A stretch of 64,000 nucleotides of DNA from Octopus sinensis. Taxonomy: Eukaryota. How positions within the stretch are numbered: position 1 is the first letter of the stretch; the number at the start of each line of letters is the position of its first letter. Location of the stretch: positions 39,494,001 to 39,558,000 of the forward strand of contig NC_043005.1 in the NCBI RefSeq assembly GCF_006345805.1, written 5' to 3'. Both the position numbers and the translations under genes were made by a program. Positions 24,591 through 37,660 of the stretch are shown here, piece after piece. Below the pieces are notes generated by a model. The model searched no databases. It was not told the DNA's origin and saw only the letters and a list, made by a program, of their open reading frames with translations.

Positions 24591-25310
24591 TATAATATAA
24601 TATAATATAATATATCATTTTATATCATTTTATATCATATAATATTATATTATATTATATCGTATTATATGATTGTGTGTATGTACGTATCTGTGTAGTT
24701 ATTTGGCCTGTAATGATCAAATTGATTATAATAAATACTTAATTATATTAAACATTACATATGATTAGCTGTGAGGTCTCTGGTGTATCATCCCAACGTC
24801 AGTCAAGCGAATCCAACTTGGGAATTGAAACTAATTCAGGAAAAACATTAAATACGATGAATTCACTCATGCGTGTACAATATAAACAAGCCTTCTTGCC
24901 TCAAAAATAACCATTTTCTATTTGTCATCTTCCCCCTTTTATCTCCAATGTCTTCGGAATTACCGAGACACATTCAGTCATGCTTGAAATAAATATTACC
25001 TAATTGCTAACTTTTGAAATTAGAATTCAAAAACAGACAGCCCAAAAAGGGCAACGGTTTAAATTATATATTTTATGTGTGTATCTATTTGTTTACACCT
25101 CTGGTAAGATTGATATGAATCCAATGTAACACAAGGGATTAAAAAAGAATAAAAGCAATCAAATAATTTCAAAATACATTGTGTGTGTGTGTTTATGTGT
25201 GTGTGTGTGTCTGTAAATATACATACACACATACGCACGCATGCACACGTATATATATATATATATACTTAAATACATACATATGTGTATATATATATAT
25301 ATATATATAC

Positions 25311-25349
<39 letters not shown>

Positions 25350-25395
25350 AGAAACATATAAATACACATATATATATGCATAGACACACACACAC

Positions 25396-25433
<38 letters not shown>

Positions 25434-25450
25434 TATATATATATTATATA

Positions 25451-25482
<32 letters not shown>

Positions 25483-26106
25483 GCACAGAGTGATACATAT
25501 ACACACACATATATAATTGATTTTGATTAGACATATATAGCCACATTTTGAAAAACAAAATTTGGAAAACCAAATTAATTGATCCATTGTATTATTGATA
25601 AAGATTTATCAGATATCAATGGATCAATGAAAGAAATTATTTCCCCGGCGTTCTCCTGGTATTGTGGTAATGCTATCTGTTTCCTCTTCGCCTCGAGCTG
25701 AGTTCGATCTCACTACAATGCAGAGCATGTGACTCATACTATAGCTCTTGTTGAATAATATTATGAGTATAATTTGAATGAGCAAAATTGTGCAGAAGCC
25801 AGTTGAGTATATGTCTTAGTGTGAACAAGCGCGTTAATGTGGAAACACGAGGAGATGGCAATGATCAGACAAATAAGAAAGTTATCAATAAATGTTGTAG
25901 AAGATAAATTACTCGCTAAAATTGAAGCTGAGAATATGATTGGCGACTTGAATTTTGCACCAGTGTGATCACTGTTTCGCCAGTTGATTGCACAAGCGTG
26001 AAATTCGAGTAACAAGACAAACTCTTTAATTAAAAATATATACATACATACACGCGTGCGCACGTCACTCACCACACGTAGAAACACACATATATGTATA
26101 TATATA

Positions 26107-26148
<42 letters not shown>

Positions 26149-26559
26149 TGTGAGTGTGTGTGTGTATGTTTATATATACATATATACATGTATATACATA
26201 TACATATATATACATACATATGTATATATGTATATATATGTATGTATATATATATATATCTATGTGTGTGTGTGGTGTGTGTGTGTGTGTGTGTGTATGT
26301 GTGTGTGAGTGTGTGTGTGTATGTTTATATATACATATATACATGTATATACATATACATATATATACATACATATGTATATATGTATATATATGTATGT
26401 ATATATATATATCTATGTGTGTGTGTGTGTGTATATATACATATGTATGGATATACATATAGGTACATATATACATATATATAGTTGGAATTTACGAAAG
26501 AAAAACAAAAAAAACAAATGACGAAAAGTATTAGTTTAACGCCCGGGAAGTGAGAATGT

Positions 26560-26594
26560 CTTTTACATTTCGAGCCTACGCTCTTCAACAGAAA
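26560..26594 (-). ncRNA. Degenerate hammerhead (A6 to U), same family as 10513-10550
   Basis: TTT-CTGTTGA-A-GAGC(gtag)GCTC-GAA-ATGT-A-AAAG. Confidence 0.4.
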
Positions 26595-26815
26595 GGAACA
26601 CAGAAATAAGCAGAGATAGAAAATAAGAAAAGGTTTATTGCCTACATATAGGTATGAAAAGGTTGTATTAGATTCGTCCTTTAATTTGGAGGTTTCTAAA
26701 AAAAGGTTTCTAATATTGATTCATCATATTTTGCTGGTAGTTTACAGTCTGTATGAATTAAAATTCTTGTATATATACTTTAACATTTTCTCTTCTCCAT
26801 AAATTCACAATACAT

Positions 26816-26857
<42 letters not shown>

Positions 26858-26871
26858 CATGCACACACATA

Positions 26872-27010
26872 TTTTTTACTTGTTATTTTCGTTTATTTGA
26901 TTGCAGCCATACTGAACAAATCAACCCCAGGACTTATTCTTTGTAAGCCTAGTATTTATTCTATCGGACGCTTTTGCCAAACCGCTAAGTTACGAGGGCG
27001 TAAACGCAAA
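26872..27010 (-). mobile_element. SINE family B, 3' half
   Basis: gaccccaggacttattctttgtaagcctagta-like block and cgctaagttacg. Confidence 0.8.
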
Positions 27011-27019
27011 TGCATACAT

Positions 27020-27090
<71 letters not shown>

Positions 27091-27191
27091 ACAACGCTAT
27101 TGTTTATGTTAGTGATTTATATTGTGAAAGAATAGTGAATATTGCTAAATTAGTAATAAACTTATACATCAAGATATAAAGAAACAATACA

Positions 27192-27250
27192 AAATAGAAC
27201 GAAGCACTCTACCTTCATGGCTATAAAGCTAGAGTGCTTCGTTCTTATTT
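27192..27250. ncRNA. Pre-miRNA-sized hairpin (59 nt)
   Basis: AGAACGAAGCACTCTA (27196-27211) pairs perfectly with TAGAGTGCTTCGTTCT (27230-27245), with further pairing on both sides. Confidence 0.35.
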
Positions 27251-29849
27251 CCCTACATTTTCAGAAGTAAACACATTTGGGGCTGAAACTATTGTCTTGC
27301 TTTATTCATTATCAACAATGTCTGAAGAGCGGTCAAATAACTTGAAATAGGAACGAATGATCTTATTTACCGGTGTATAACACACTTTTTTGTTTCTTTT
27401 AACTGTATGAAAATATTGACCTACACTTAATGCGGTGGTGTTACTGATGAAAGACTGGGTGTTATAAGGATCCAGATAAGCATAAGTCCACTTGGTCCAA
27501 TGATTATTACTAATAATAAAATACTAGAAACAAACTTAAGTGTTCATAGATTGTTAGCACAGACATACGTAAAATTGCTTATTCTACGTCAGCAGTTATG
27601 TGATAAGATCACCTCATTTCTTTTACGTCTTTCCCCAGCACATCCAATCTACAACTGATATATGTCTTATATTATTTAAGGAAACATTCTTTTAAATTTT
27701 CTATATAAAAATTCTAGTAGAAAGATGAAAGAACGATAAATTTTCATCTAAATATTAGCTCTTTGTAATGAGTGGATTATAACAAAAACTTTTGTGGCCG
27801 AGCGCGGTAACAGAAAGTATCACAACCAGAAATATATCCCGCATGACTATTGTTTTGAGCAAAATATAAACAACTATGGAGTTGATCTGAAAGATGAAGC
27901 TGAATTACGCTACATTCACAACGTAATATATTTTTGTTTAATTTACAGTTCCAAACTTTATTCCAGCATACTGTTATAACGTCGTACTTACATGCACAGA
28001 AACATGCAATTTCTTCCTCACAAAACATCTTTAAAACATCTTTCAATAAATGTATGCTGAAACTTTAACTCTAGAATGACAGAAATTAGAACTTATAATT
28101 TCGACAAGAAATCAAACATTTTATACGAGACGAAAAATTTGATGCTGTATGCTCATGATTTTCTCGAACATATTTGTGAATTGATATTTCAACAGGAATC
28201 AAAGCTACTTCACAGACACAAGTCATGAACTTGACAGAAGTTCTCGGTTTGTCTGAAGTATTCATTCTCCTCGACGACGGCTTTCTACTACCACAACTCA
28301 CTGCTTGTTACAATAATTTCGTGATGAATGCCAGTACCGCAAATTTTACAAAATGAAGAGCAATTATATAACATGCAATTGAAAATTGCCTCCACCTCTC
28401 CTTTCTCTTTTACTGTTTCATTTCATTTCCGTCTTACAGTATTTTTCGTGTTAATATTGATAGTTTTGTTTGAATTTGCCGCTGCTGCTGCTCTTGCGGT
28501 TGATTTCGTGATTCTTGGTGATTTTGTTGTTTGAAGACTTCAATATGTCAGTCGATAATTCGCAGCTAACGAAAGTCTTCGTTTTATCCTGTTTTAGTTA
28601 ACATTGAATTTAATTATGTTTTAATTGCTTTTTATTTTCTGATATCTTCCGATTTAATTTTTCGATTAGTCAATCATCTCCTCTCCTTCCAACTTTCTCT
28701 ATCTTCGACTTTCTAAATTATATGGAGAAACTACATCACTGCCTGACATGAGTACATGACATTATTATCATCACATCACTACACCGCTGTAATACCAATC
28801 TTTATAAGCATACCGCTACACTACCAGGTGTCATTGTGTTACCAAACCTAATAACTTAGATTTAGGTGTTCCCTCGTCGAACAACATATGGTGCAAAGTA
28901 CTCCAGCTGCGACGCTTTTGCACTTTGAACTCTTTTCATAGCTTGAGGATTATCTGGGGACAGTGTGCTAACCTGAAGCCCAGCCCTTTGCATCTAGGAA
29001 AGAGATTGTAAGTGGAGCTGTCTCTGTTGACTACAAGCTGATGTCTACGAAACATACTATAGGTCATCTTCAATCGTGGACACCTAATCGTTGGTCTTTC
29101 TGAGACTCCTTCGCTGCGACCGAGCTCTGTTGCCGCAGCTCTTATGTCCATCCTGTAATGCAGTGTCAATGCCCGCCAGCTAAGGTGGTGTACCGAAGTT
29201 AGGAATTTGAAGCAAACACACGAGAGATTTAGAGGTGAGTGAGACACAGTGATACCCGTCCAATCTACCAGGTAGGGAGTAGCGTGCGAGGCAGCAAAGG
29301 TACTATGTCTACCCAGAGCACCCTACATCCTAAACCAAGGTGATATTATGTGTCAAAAACTATACTCATACTACATATGCCAAGTCGGAAAAAGCATGAG
29401 GTCAAAATGTTTGTAAAGAAAGATTACAACAACAGCAGTAATTAATTTTATAAGGAAATAAATAACATGACACAAGTATTCACTTATTCCCAATTATGAT
29501 AAACAGGACCTAACGAAAGTGCAATAAAAATAACTACTATATTTTTACAAAGAAAAAGTGTTACAAGCAGCAGGCACTAGCGAAAGAATATGACTTTGTA
29601 ACATGTACCATGTTTTCACTTATTCTTTGGGTGCATGTGTAATGACAAACAGACACACACATCCACTCTACCTTCTCGATTTTGACCGTGGTGGGTTAAA
29701 GGCGAAAGGCCAGAGAGTGTGACGGCTGAAGAGAGACAGACTATAAGGGAGACTGCTTCAGCACCCTGACTGCTAATCATTGCAGTTGAGTACACTGGAG
29801 GAAGGTAAAATAAATTTACCTTCTCAAGAAACTATCGATGAATGATAGA

Positions 29850-30208
29850 ATTGGCAGTGTTTCAGTGAGTCATAGGATCGCGGTTTCGATTCCCAGACCG
29901 GGCGCTGTGAGTGTTTATTGAGCGAAAACACCTAAAAGCTCCACGAGGCTCCGGCAGGGGATGGTGGTGATCCCTGCTGTAATCTTTCACCACAACTTTC
30001 TCTCACTCTTACTTCCTGTTTCTGTTGTACCTGTATTTCAAGGGGCCGGCCTTGTCACTCTCTGTGTCACGCTGAATATCCCCGAGAACTACGTAAAGGG
30101 TGCACGTGTCTGTGGAGTGCTCAGCCACTTACACGTTAATTTCACGAGCAGGCTGTTCCATTGATTCGAATCAACCGGAACCCTCATCGTCGTAACCGAC
30201 GGAGTGCT
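29850..30208 (+). mobile_element. tRNA-derived SINE (family D)
   Basis: B-box GGTTTCGATTCCC; shares cctgtatttcaa.ggg.cg.ccttgtcac with 51245-51510. Confidence 0.7.
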
Positions 30209-30511
30209 TCCCCCCCCCCATTCTTTGTGTAATTTGACAAAGTCACTTTAATACCGATTGTATTACCCAAAACGTTGAAGTCCCTTGTACTGAAGTTAGA
30301 CATTATTATTACTATTACCACCATATGTATCAACTTAAATTGTCGTCAACATCATTACGGCTAGTACTGTTGCGATTTAAAATATTTATTATTATTTACC
30401 CAACCCGACCTAACTCTTCAACGCAACCAACTCTCTCTCTCTCTCTCCCTCTCTCCGTTACTCACTTTCTCTCCTCTATCTCTCTCTCTCTGTCACTCAC
30501 TTTCTCTCCTC

Positions 30512-30544
<33 letters not shown>

Positions 30545-32138
30545 ACACACACACACTAACACACTGAGCTGGACAATACTTCCCCTTTCCTTCTAGAGTT
30601 CATAACAGATTAACAGTGAATTTTTTTCGCATTTCATGTCTTACGCTCTAACTCTGACCGCTTACAAAAGAGATGAAACTTTTTTAGCCAACTTGTTAGT
30701 GATGCAATGATTTTATATTGTGTGACAGTAAATGTCTTATCTTACTAATTTTTTTCTGAACTAGACGCCATGTCACTTTAGCGTAGTGGAAGGTACACTC
30801 ATATATAATCGATTTGTTTGATCTTGCTCTATTACTGATAGTCCTCAATCAAACTAACATGAAAAGACATGGATGCAGCGGGTGTGTGCTATAGATATAC
30901 ACGCTCTTTGATGTTGTGGAATATTTCTACCCCTTTATAAAATATCTTGGGAGGTCTAGCCAATAGAAAATATTTAAGTTTATCGGATCTTTTTTATATT
31001 TAGCTCTAAAGCAGTCGTCACAAGCAGATCTATGATCAATAATAATTGTTGCTGTAATCATACCTTCCCTTCTTTTTCGCAATCAAAGTTCATTGAGAAC
31101 TAGACTATCTACGGGTATTTTGATTACTATTTGTAGAAGAACGAGTGATCTGCAATGCGCTAAAAAATAAATTATAAAAGGACACACACAGAACAGAGCA
31201 GTTATAAAGTTTTTACGGGGTTTGACACGATAACATAATGAATAACCAGGCTACTTTTATCTTGTAATTAAATCAGTTGATAATGGCTTTATCTAAAAAG
31301 TATTCATACCAAAGACAACGGAAGATGTTCTGGTATCAAGATCTAAGAATGCTTTCGGTAATTCCCCAAAATGTCCAGTCAGTTCTTTTTGGAAATGAAT
31401 GCAATTCAACAAAGGAATTGTATAGAATTTTATAGATCACAGTGTATTATATATGTGTGCGCGCACGCGTGTATGTATCAGTGTGAATGTGCCTATCTGT
31501 GTGTGTATACATGTATATATATATATATATATTATATATATATATATATATATAATATATATATATTATATATATATATATATATTATGTATGTATGTGT
31601 GTGTGTGTACATATATATGTACATGCATATATATATATGTACATGCATATTTATATATATATATATAAAGAGAGAGAATAGGGGTGGACAAAGAGAGAGC
31701 GAAACAAATATAGAAGCACATGAAAATGTTTTTCTGCGTCAGCATAAAAATTGCTCGGTTTTCTTCTCCTTTTTGTATAAGTGTAAGTCCCTTGGCTTGT
31801 GGAGATAAGGTCAGATAATGATCATTTGGTCAGGCAATCATCGTTTTGAGGACAGCTAGAAAACCAGAAACATGCGTCTACGATTGTCCTCTCATCTCCA
31901 CCTATTAAGCCTGCCTTTTTGCTTAAATCATATCAATTTTAGACAATGCTTGAATATTGGGATTATCTCCCCTTATTATATGGAGTTGGACTTAAATGTT
32001 ATTTGGTAATTATGATACATCGCGTAGAGACAGAGAGGGTTTGAACTAATCAAGAAATAATGTTGTATGGTATATGTCTGTGTTGCTTAAATACATCCCA
32101 CTGGACACTCTAAATTACTTCTCTTAGCACACTTTTGT

Positions 32139-32185
<47 letters not shown>

Positions 32186-32423
32186 TAAGGGGAGAAATTG
32201 ATATTTATCAATTAAGACCAGTGGTCTAGCATATTAAAAAAGAATCCGAAGATTAAAATATTTATATATACCAATTAAGGACTGAACACGAAAAGTGGAC
32301 AGTCAACATGCTAGATATAGACGTCAAATCGCCATTCACCACAAAAGATTATGTTCTCAGATCAAACTCAACACAAAACCATAGCAATAAACAAGTGAAA
32401 AATATACGAAATAAAATAATTAC

Positions 32424-32488
32424 CCATGTACTAAATTAGTTTCAGCTGTTATTTTCCGCAAGGAAAACTGCAGCCATCATCAGCATGG
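32424..32488 (-). ncRNA. Type I hammerhead ribozyme with a complete core
   Basis: CCATG-CTGATGA-T-GGCTG-ca-GTTTTCC(ttgc)GGAAAAT-aa-CAGCT-GAA-ACTA(att)TAGT-A-CATGG; GUA site. Confidence 0.85.
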
Positions 32489-32931
32489 TCCGTTATAAAT
32501 GTAATTTGCTGGTCTAGATGCAAACACGATACCGAAATATGTTGAGTTTGATCTGAGAACATAATCTTTTGTGGTGAATGGCGATTTGACGTCTATATCT
32601 AGCATGTTGTCTGTCCACATTTCGTGTTCAGTCCTTAATTGGTATATATAAATATTTTAATCTTCGGATTCTTTTTTAATATGCTAGACCACTGGTCTTA
32701 ATTGATAAATATCAATTTCTACCCTTAATTAATTTTATATAAATAAATATGTTCTCTAACCGATAAATTAACTGCTGCTAATTATTAGCTGCAGGCTAGT
32801 TTTCTCGGGTTCCAACGCGCCAAAGTAAAGGCATTTGAAAGATATATTCAAATGTAATAGGCTGAACTCCATGCACGCGATATTTCGGTATCGTGTTTGC
32901 ATCTAGTCCAGCAAATTACATTTATAACGGA

Positions 32932-32996
32932 CCATGGTGATGATGGCTGCAGTTTTCCTTGCGGAAAATAACAGCTGAAACTAATTTAGTACATGG
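32932..32996 (+). ncRNA. Inverted copy of the same hammerhead with a C3-to-G mutation
   Basis: CCATG-GTGATGA-...; otherwise identical to 32424-32488. Confidence 0.75.
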
Positions 32997-33147
32997 GTAA
33001 TTATTTTATTTCGTATATTTTTCACTTGTTTATTGCTATGGTTTTGTGTTGAGTTTGATCTGAGAACATAATCTTTTGTGGTGAATGGCGATTTGACGTC
33101 TATATCTAGCATGTTGACTGTCCACTTTTCGTGTTCAGTCCTTAATT

Positions 33148-33211
<64 letters not shown>

Positions 33212-33218
<7 letters not shown>

Positions 33219-33562
33219 ATTCAAATGTCGCCATCCATAGGAACAATTTATCTATTTTATAAGAAACAGTTTATAAGAATAGTTTTTTATATTTAACAGG
33301 CTCTATATGGTGACCATTGTTTTGAATACACATTGCAATACGTTTACCCCACTCATGGTGAACTCATAATAGCACATCTGGGGATATGTGTGTAAATGAG
33401 TTGATGATGCGTTCCTTTAAATCATTTATATGTTTTATCTTTCAAATGCCCCCAAAATAGATATCAAGAGGGGTCAGATCAGAAGACCTCGGGGATCTTA
33501 TAAGCTATCTCTTATAAAAACCTAAATTTTTCCTATATATGGAGACTTTTGAATCACCTTGT
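33212..33562 (-). mobile_element. Internally deleted Tc1/mariner-superfamily element (~350 bp)
   Basis: Imperfect TIRs (agggtaattcaaatgtcgccat / aaggtgattcaaaagtctccat); minus-strand remnant RSSDLTPLDIYFG resembles the PRSPDLTPLDF.WG motif. Confidence 0.75.
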
Positions 33563-33571
33563 CTATATACA

Positions 33572-33631
<60 letters not shown>

Positions 33632-33889
33632 CATACATACATACATATAAATATACGAATATGTGTGTATATGTATGTATATATATATATATATATGCAT
33701 ACACACAAACTCACACACACACACAAACACACATACATACATATGCATTTGATGTCGTGAGATCTATATAGTTTTACGAGATTATGAAAGAACAGTTTTA
33801 GAAGTGAATCTTGAAGTATAGGTTAAGTTATAAATAATACCATATTCGTTTTTAATCCCAATATTTACATGCTGTTATTTATAGGTTTA

Positions 33890-35035
33890 ACAGTTTGTGT
33901 CAAAAGCTTTGTAATATTTCAAGCTTTAATTTATATTTCAAACAAAATTACATATGAAATGCGGTTGCTTTTCAAAATATGTCGCTTCGTATTTTATTGT
34001 CTGTTGCCGTTACTGTGCCAAGCTTATACTATTTGGCTGCTTTTGAAGTAAATATATACCTGTATCCGTTTTCAACCACATCCACATTATTGAATTTCGG
34101 AAAATGCGATAATCTGCCGGTGCAAAATCTGGATTGGAGTGAGGCTGAGGCAGCATTTCCAGTTCCTCGAGTTCAAGTCTGCGCTTGGTAACAATCCGCA
34201 GAGTGTACTGTTGTAGAAGTGCCCGTGTTCCACTGACCTACCCGGACTGCAAGCTTTCAAAGCATCATATACTCGCTGCAGTTGTTAAGTAGAAAGGTTA
34301 GCATTCACAGTATGACCATCTGGGAAATGCTCAAAGTGCAGCGACCGCTCGAAATTTCACCAAACATACAAAATGATCTTCAGTTTCTACTGCCCTTGTT
34401 TGGCAATGGGTCGTGATGCCTGGCTGGAATGAAGCCACTGATTTCTCTTTGGGAGATTACGAAAATAAATCCATTTTTCATCCCTTGCTACATTTTAACG
34501 CCAAAACACAACCAACTAGAGCAATTACCAACAATCGTTTGCGGATGTTCACACGTCATAGACACTGCTCGTTGTTTTGTTCATGATTCTATTCTCGATA
34601 GCGTCTATTCACAAGGCCGAGATTATGTATATGTCGATTGATGGTGCTTTGTGAAGGGTCAAGTGCTGCAAACAATTCACGAGTGTTTGTCATTGGCTGC
34701 TATTCAACCAATTCTAGCAAAGCCACATTTTCCAGCTTGGTTTTTCTTCGAGGATGACGTCACTTTCTTTGATTCACCTGAACCAGTTTTGTGTCACACA
34801 TTCGTTGACAGTTCCTGTTCCCTCCAGATCATTAATTTCTTTTGCTCGCTGCCATTGCACTCAGTCCTTTTTTCCACAGGTAGCACTAAATCACTATAAT
34901 TTCAATTTTTTGAATACTCATTAATGGAGCTGTAAAATAAAGAATAAATAATTCAGTACGATTGTACAAGTAGTTGCATCAAATTAATGATATAATGTGC
35001 AGTTGGGATTTTCCAAAACTTATCGGTGAGAATAC
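33890..35035 (-). mobile_element. Old mariner element, degraded transposase on the minus strand
   Basis: Remnants VNECVTQNWFR, NTRELFAALDPSQSTINRHIHNLGL, RALLQQ, LEMLPQPHSNPDFAPADYRIF; ends are approximate. Confidence 0.8.
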
Positions 35036-35038
35036 AAC

Positions 35039-35460
35039 AACATCTGCAAACGATTGCTGATAATTGCTCTAGTTGCCTGCTTTTTTTGGCGTTGGAATGT
35101 AGCAGGGGGTGAAAAAGGGATCTATTTTCGTAATCTCAGTAAGAGAAATCAGTGGCTTCATTTCAGCCAAGCATCACGACCCCTTGTCAAACAAGGGCAG
35201 TAGAAACTGAAGATCATTTTGTGTGTTTGGTGAAATTTCGAGCGGTCGTTGCACTTTGAACGTTTCCCAGATGGTCATACTGTGAATGCTAACCTTCCTA
35301 CTTAACAATTGCAGCGAGTATATGATGCTTCGAAAGCCTGCAGCCCGGGTTGGTCAGTGGAACACGGGCACTCCTACAACATGACAACGTGACAGTACAC
35401 TCTGCGAATGTTACCAAGTGCAAACTTGAACTTTGACTCAACCTGGTATATGTGCCTCAT
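35039..35460 (+). mobile_element. Inverted partial copy of the same mariner catalytic region
   Basis: Reverse complement of ~34160-34549 (about 85-93% identical by eye); encodes RALLQHDNVTVHSANVTKCKLE. Confidence 0.85.
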
Positions 35461-36027
35461 GATCCAAAAGAGAATTATATATAAACGTGTATGTGCACGC
35501 GCATCTGTGTGCACGTGTGTTTAGAAAGAGGAGGAGAGAGTGAGTGTGTGTGTGAGGGAGAGAGACTGATATACTGACAGCATCAAAAGTACGTAGATGA
35601 TCTACAAACATCTATTCAGAGATTGACTCAATAATAAAACAAATAGAGCAGGCAATACCCTTCGCACTATTTTAGCTGCATTGAAATCAATAAATATTAA
35701 GAGAATATCAGTGACTTGACGTTAAAAGCTTTTTTTCATGAAACTTCGTTTTGATTCGGCCGAGCTTTAAACTCTGCTGCCAACTCAGATTCGTAAACTA
35801 AATGAGACTAAATGTGAAGTACAATAGATTCGTCATAACCAAACAACGGCACCACACAAAAAGACGTCACGGAAACACGTTCTTTCACATGAGTAATCAA
35901 TCAGGAGATGATTGGAAAACAATGACAGATAAAAATCCCTATTTGAGGAAAACCAACGTGAAATCTTGATAGGACACTAAGAATATTATTTCTATGCAAT
36001 TAATATATATTATAATATATAGGCATG

Positions 36028-36105
<78 letters not shown>

Positions 36106-36129
36106 AATACATACATACATACATACATA

Positions 36130-36322
36130 TATGTGTGTGTGTGTTTTTGTGTGTCAGTGTTTGCATCCCCGTAACTTAGCAGGTAGTCATAAAAGACCGA
36201 TAGAATAAGTACTAGGCTTACAAAGAATATGTCATGGGGGCTATTTGCTCGATTAAAAGGTGGTGCTCCAGCATGGCCGCAGTCAGATGACTGAAACAAG
36301 TAAATAAGATAAAAAAAAAGGA

Positions 36323-36375
<53 letters not shown>

Positions 36376-36600
36376 TATATATACATACATACATACATAC
36401 ATACATATATGTGTGTGTGTGTTTTTGTGTGTCAGTGTTGCATCCCCGTAACTTAGCAGGTAGTCATAAAAGACCGATAGAATAAGTACTAGGCTTACAA
36501 AGAATATGTCATGGGGGCTATTTGCTCGATTAAAAGGTGGTGCTCCAGCATGGCCGCAGTCAGATGACTGAAACAAGTAAATAAGATAAAAAAAAAGAAT
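36130..36600 (+). repeat. Tandem duplication (period ~277 bp) of a SINE family-B 3' half
   Basis: Two near-identical copies differing only in short homopolymer runs. Confidence 0.9.
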
Positions 36601-36603
36601 ATA

Positions 36604-36641
<38 letters not shown>

Positions 36642-36958
36642 CATATATACATACATAATATTTATAATAGACACGCGCGAACACGCACACATATACAAAT
36701 TTGTATATCTATATCTCCATATATATATATATATACATATATATGGGTCTGTGTGTAGATATAGATATGCAAATTTATAATGTATACTTATAAACGTATC
36801 CAAAGCCACAAACTCGTGTGAGCAACTGCGTACATATATGCGTGTACATATATGTACGTTTGTATGTGTTGATATATATTTATACACATACAGATATAAA
36901 TACATACATACATCTATGCATGTGTGTGTGTGCCTCTGTGTGTGTGTAGGTACATATG

Positions 36959-36992
<34 letters not shown>

Positions 36993-37239
36993 TGTATGTA
37001 TGTATGTATGTATGTATGTATCTATGAATACATACATGTGACTGTGGAATATTCCATCACTTCAATAAGCTTGGTAGTTTCTTTGATCAAAATATTCAAC
37101 ATTCATGCTTGGAAATTATGACAGTTACCATTTATATAATGTATCTTTATATTTTTGTGCCAATGGACTAGTTCCAGCATTCAATCCTTAGAAGAGCAAA
37201 GGCTGGTAAAAAAAAAAGTAAGAAAAGAAAAGAAAAGAA

Positions 37240-37660
37240 AATCTCGTTATCTTCAATGCAAGCGGCTGAAATGAGCTTCCTTCGAATGGTCTCTGAAATA
37301 ACGTTACTCGATAGAGTGCGTAGCTCGGAGATCAGTGAGTCACTCCAGTTCGGACCGCTACTTCTGAGATGTCAAAGCTGGCCTACTACGTACATGTAAT
37401 TATAACGTCGCAGAAAAGGATTAAAAAACGGATGTTTCAGGTTCTGCTAACGGACAGAAGACCTTATAGGTAGACTAAGAACGAGATTGCTGGATAATAT
37501 CTATATTCCCTGTTGATCACGCTTGGCAATCTTGTCGGAAAATTGCCGTTGTTTCTGTTAGGACCGTATGGATAAGGTGCCTGAGGATTCTATCCGCACG
37601 GCCCGTTCAGACATAACGGGAAGAGAAAATAGATGGATGGATGGATGAATGGATGGATGG
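37240..37660 (+). mobile_element. RTE-like LINE 3' end with a (GATG)n tail
   Basis: QAAEMSFLRMVSEITLLDRVRSSEISESLQ followed by a degraded GRP..R motif. Confidence 0.75.

Larger units (their letters stand above)
32173..33155. repeat. Nested inverted-repeat block A-B-A'-X-B'-A'(partial)
   Basis: 32173-32372 is a near-exact reverse complement of 32541-32740; about 32265-32540 is a near-exact reverse complement of 32880-33155. Confidence 0.95.

Noticed and set aside
25810-25970. EDKLLAKIEAENMIG.. reminiscent of a DNA-transposon protein segment
   Set aside because: A single short motif with no termini or catalytic residues
27777-28600. Cluster of short ORFs on both strands, possibly exons or a Helitron relic
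   Set aside because: No recognisable domain and no consistent splice or frame pattern
34350-34385. CTGAAGA...GAAA hammerhead-like words (also at 35208)
   Set aside because: No stem I or II pairing; they are part of mariner coding sequence
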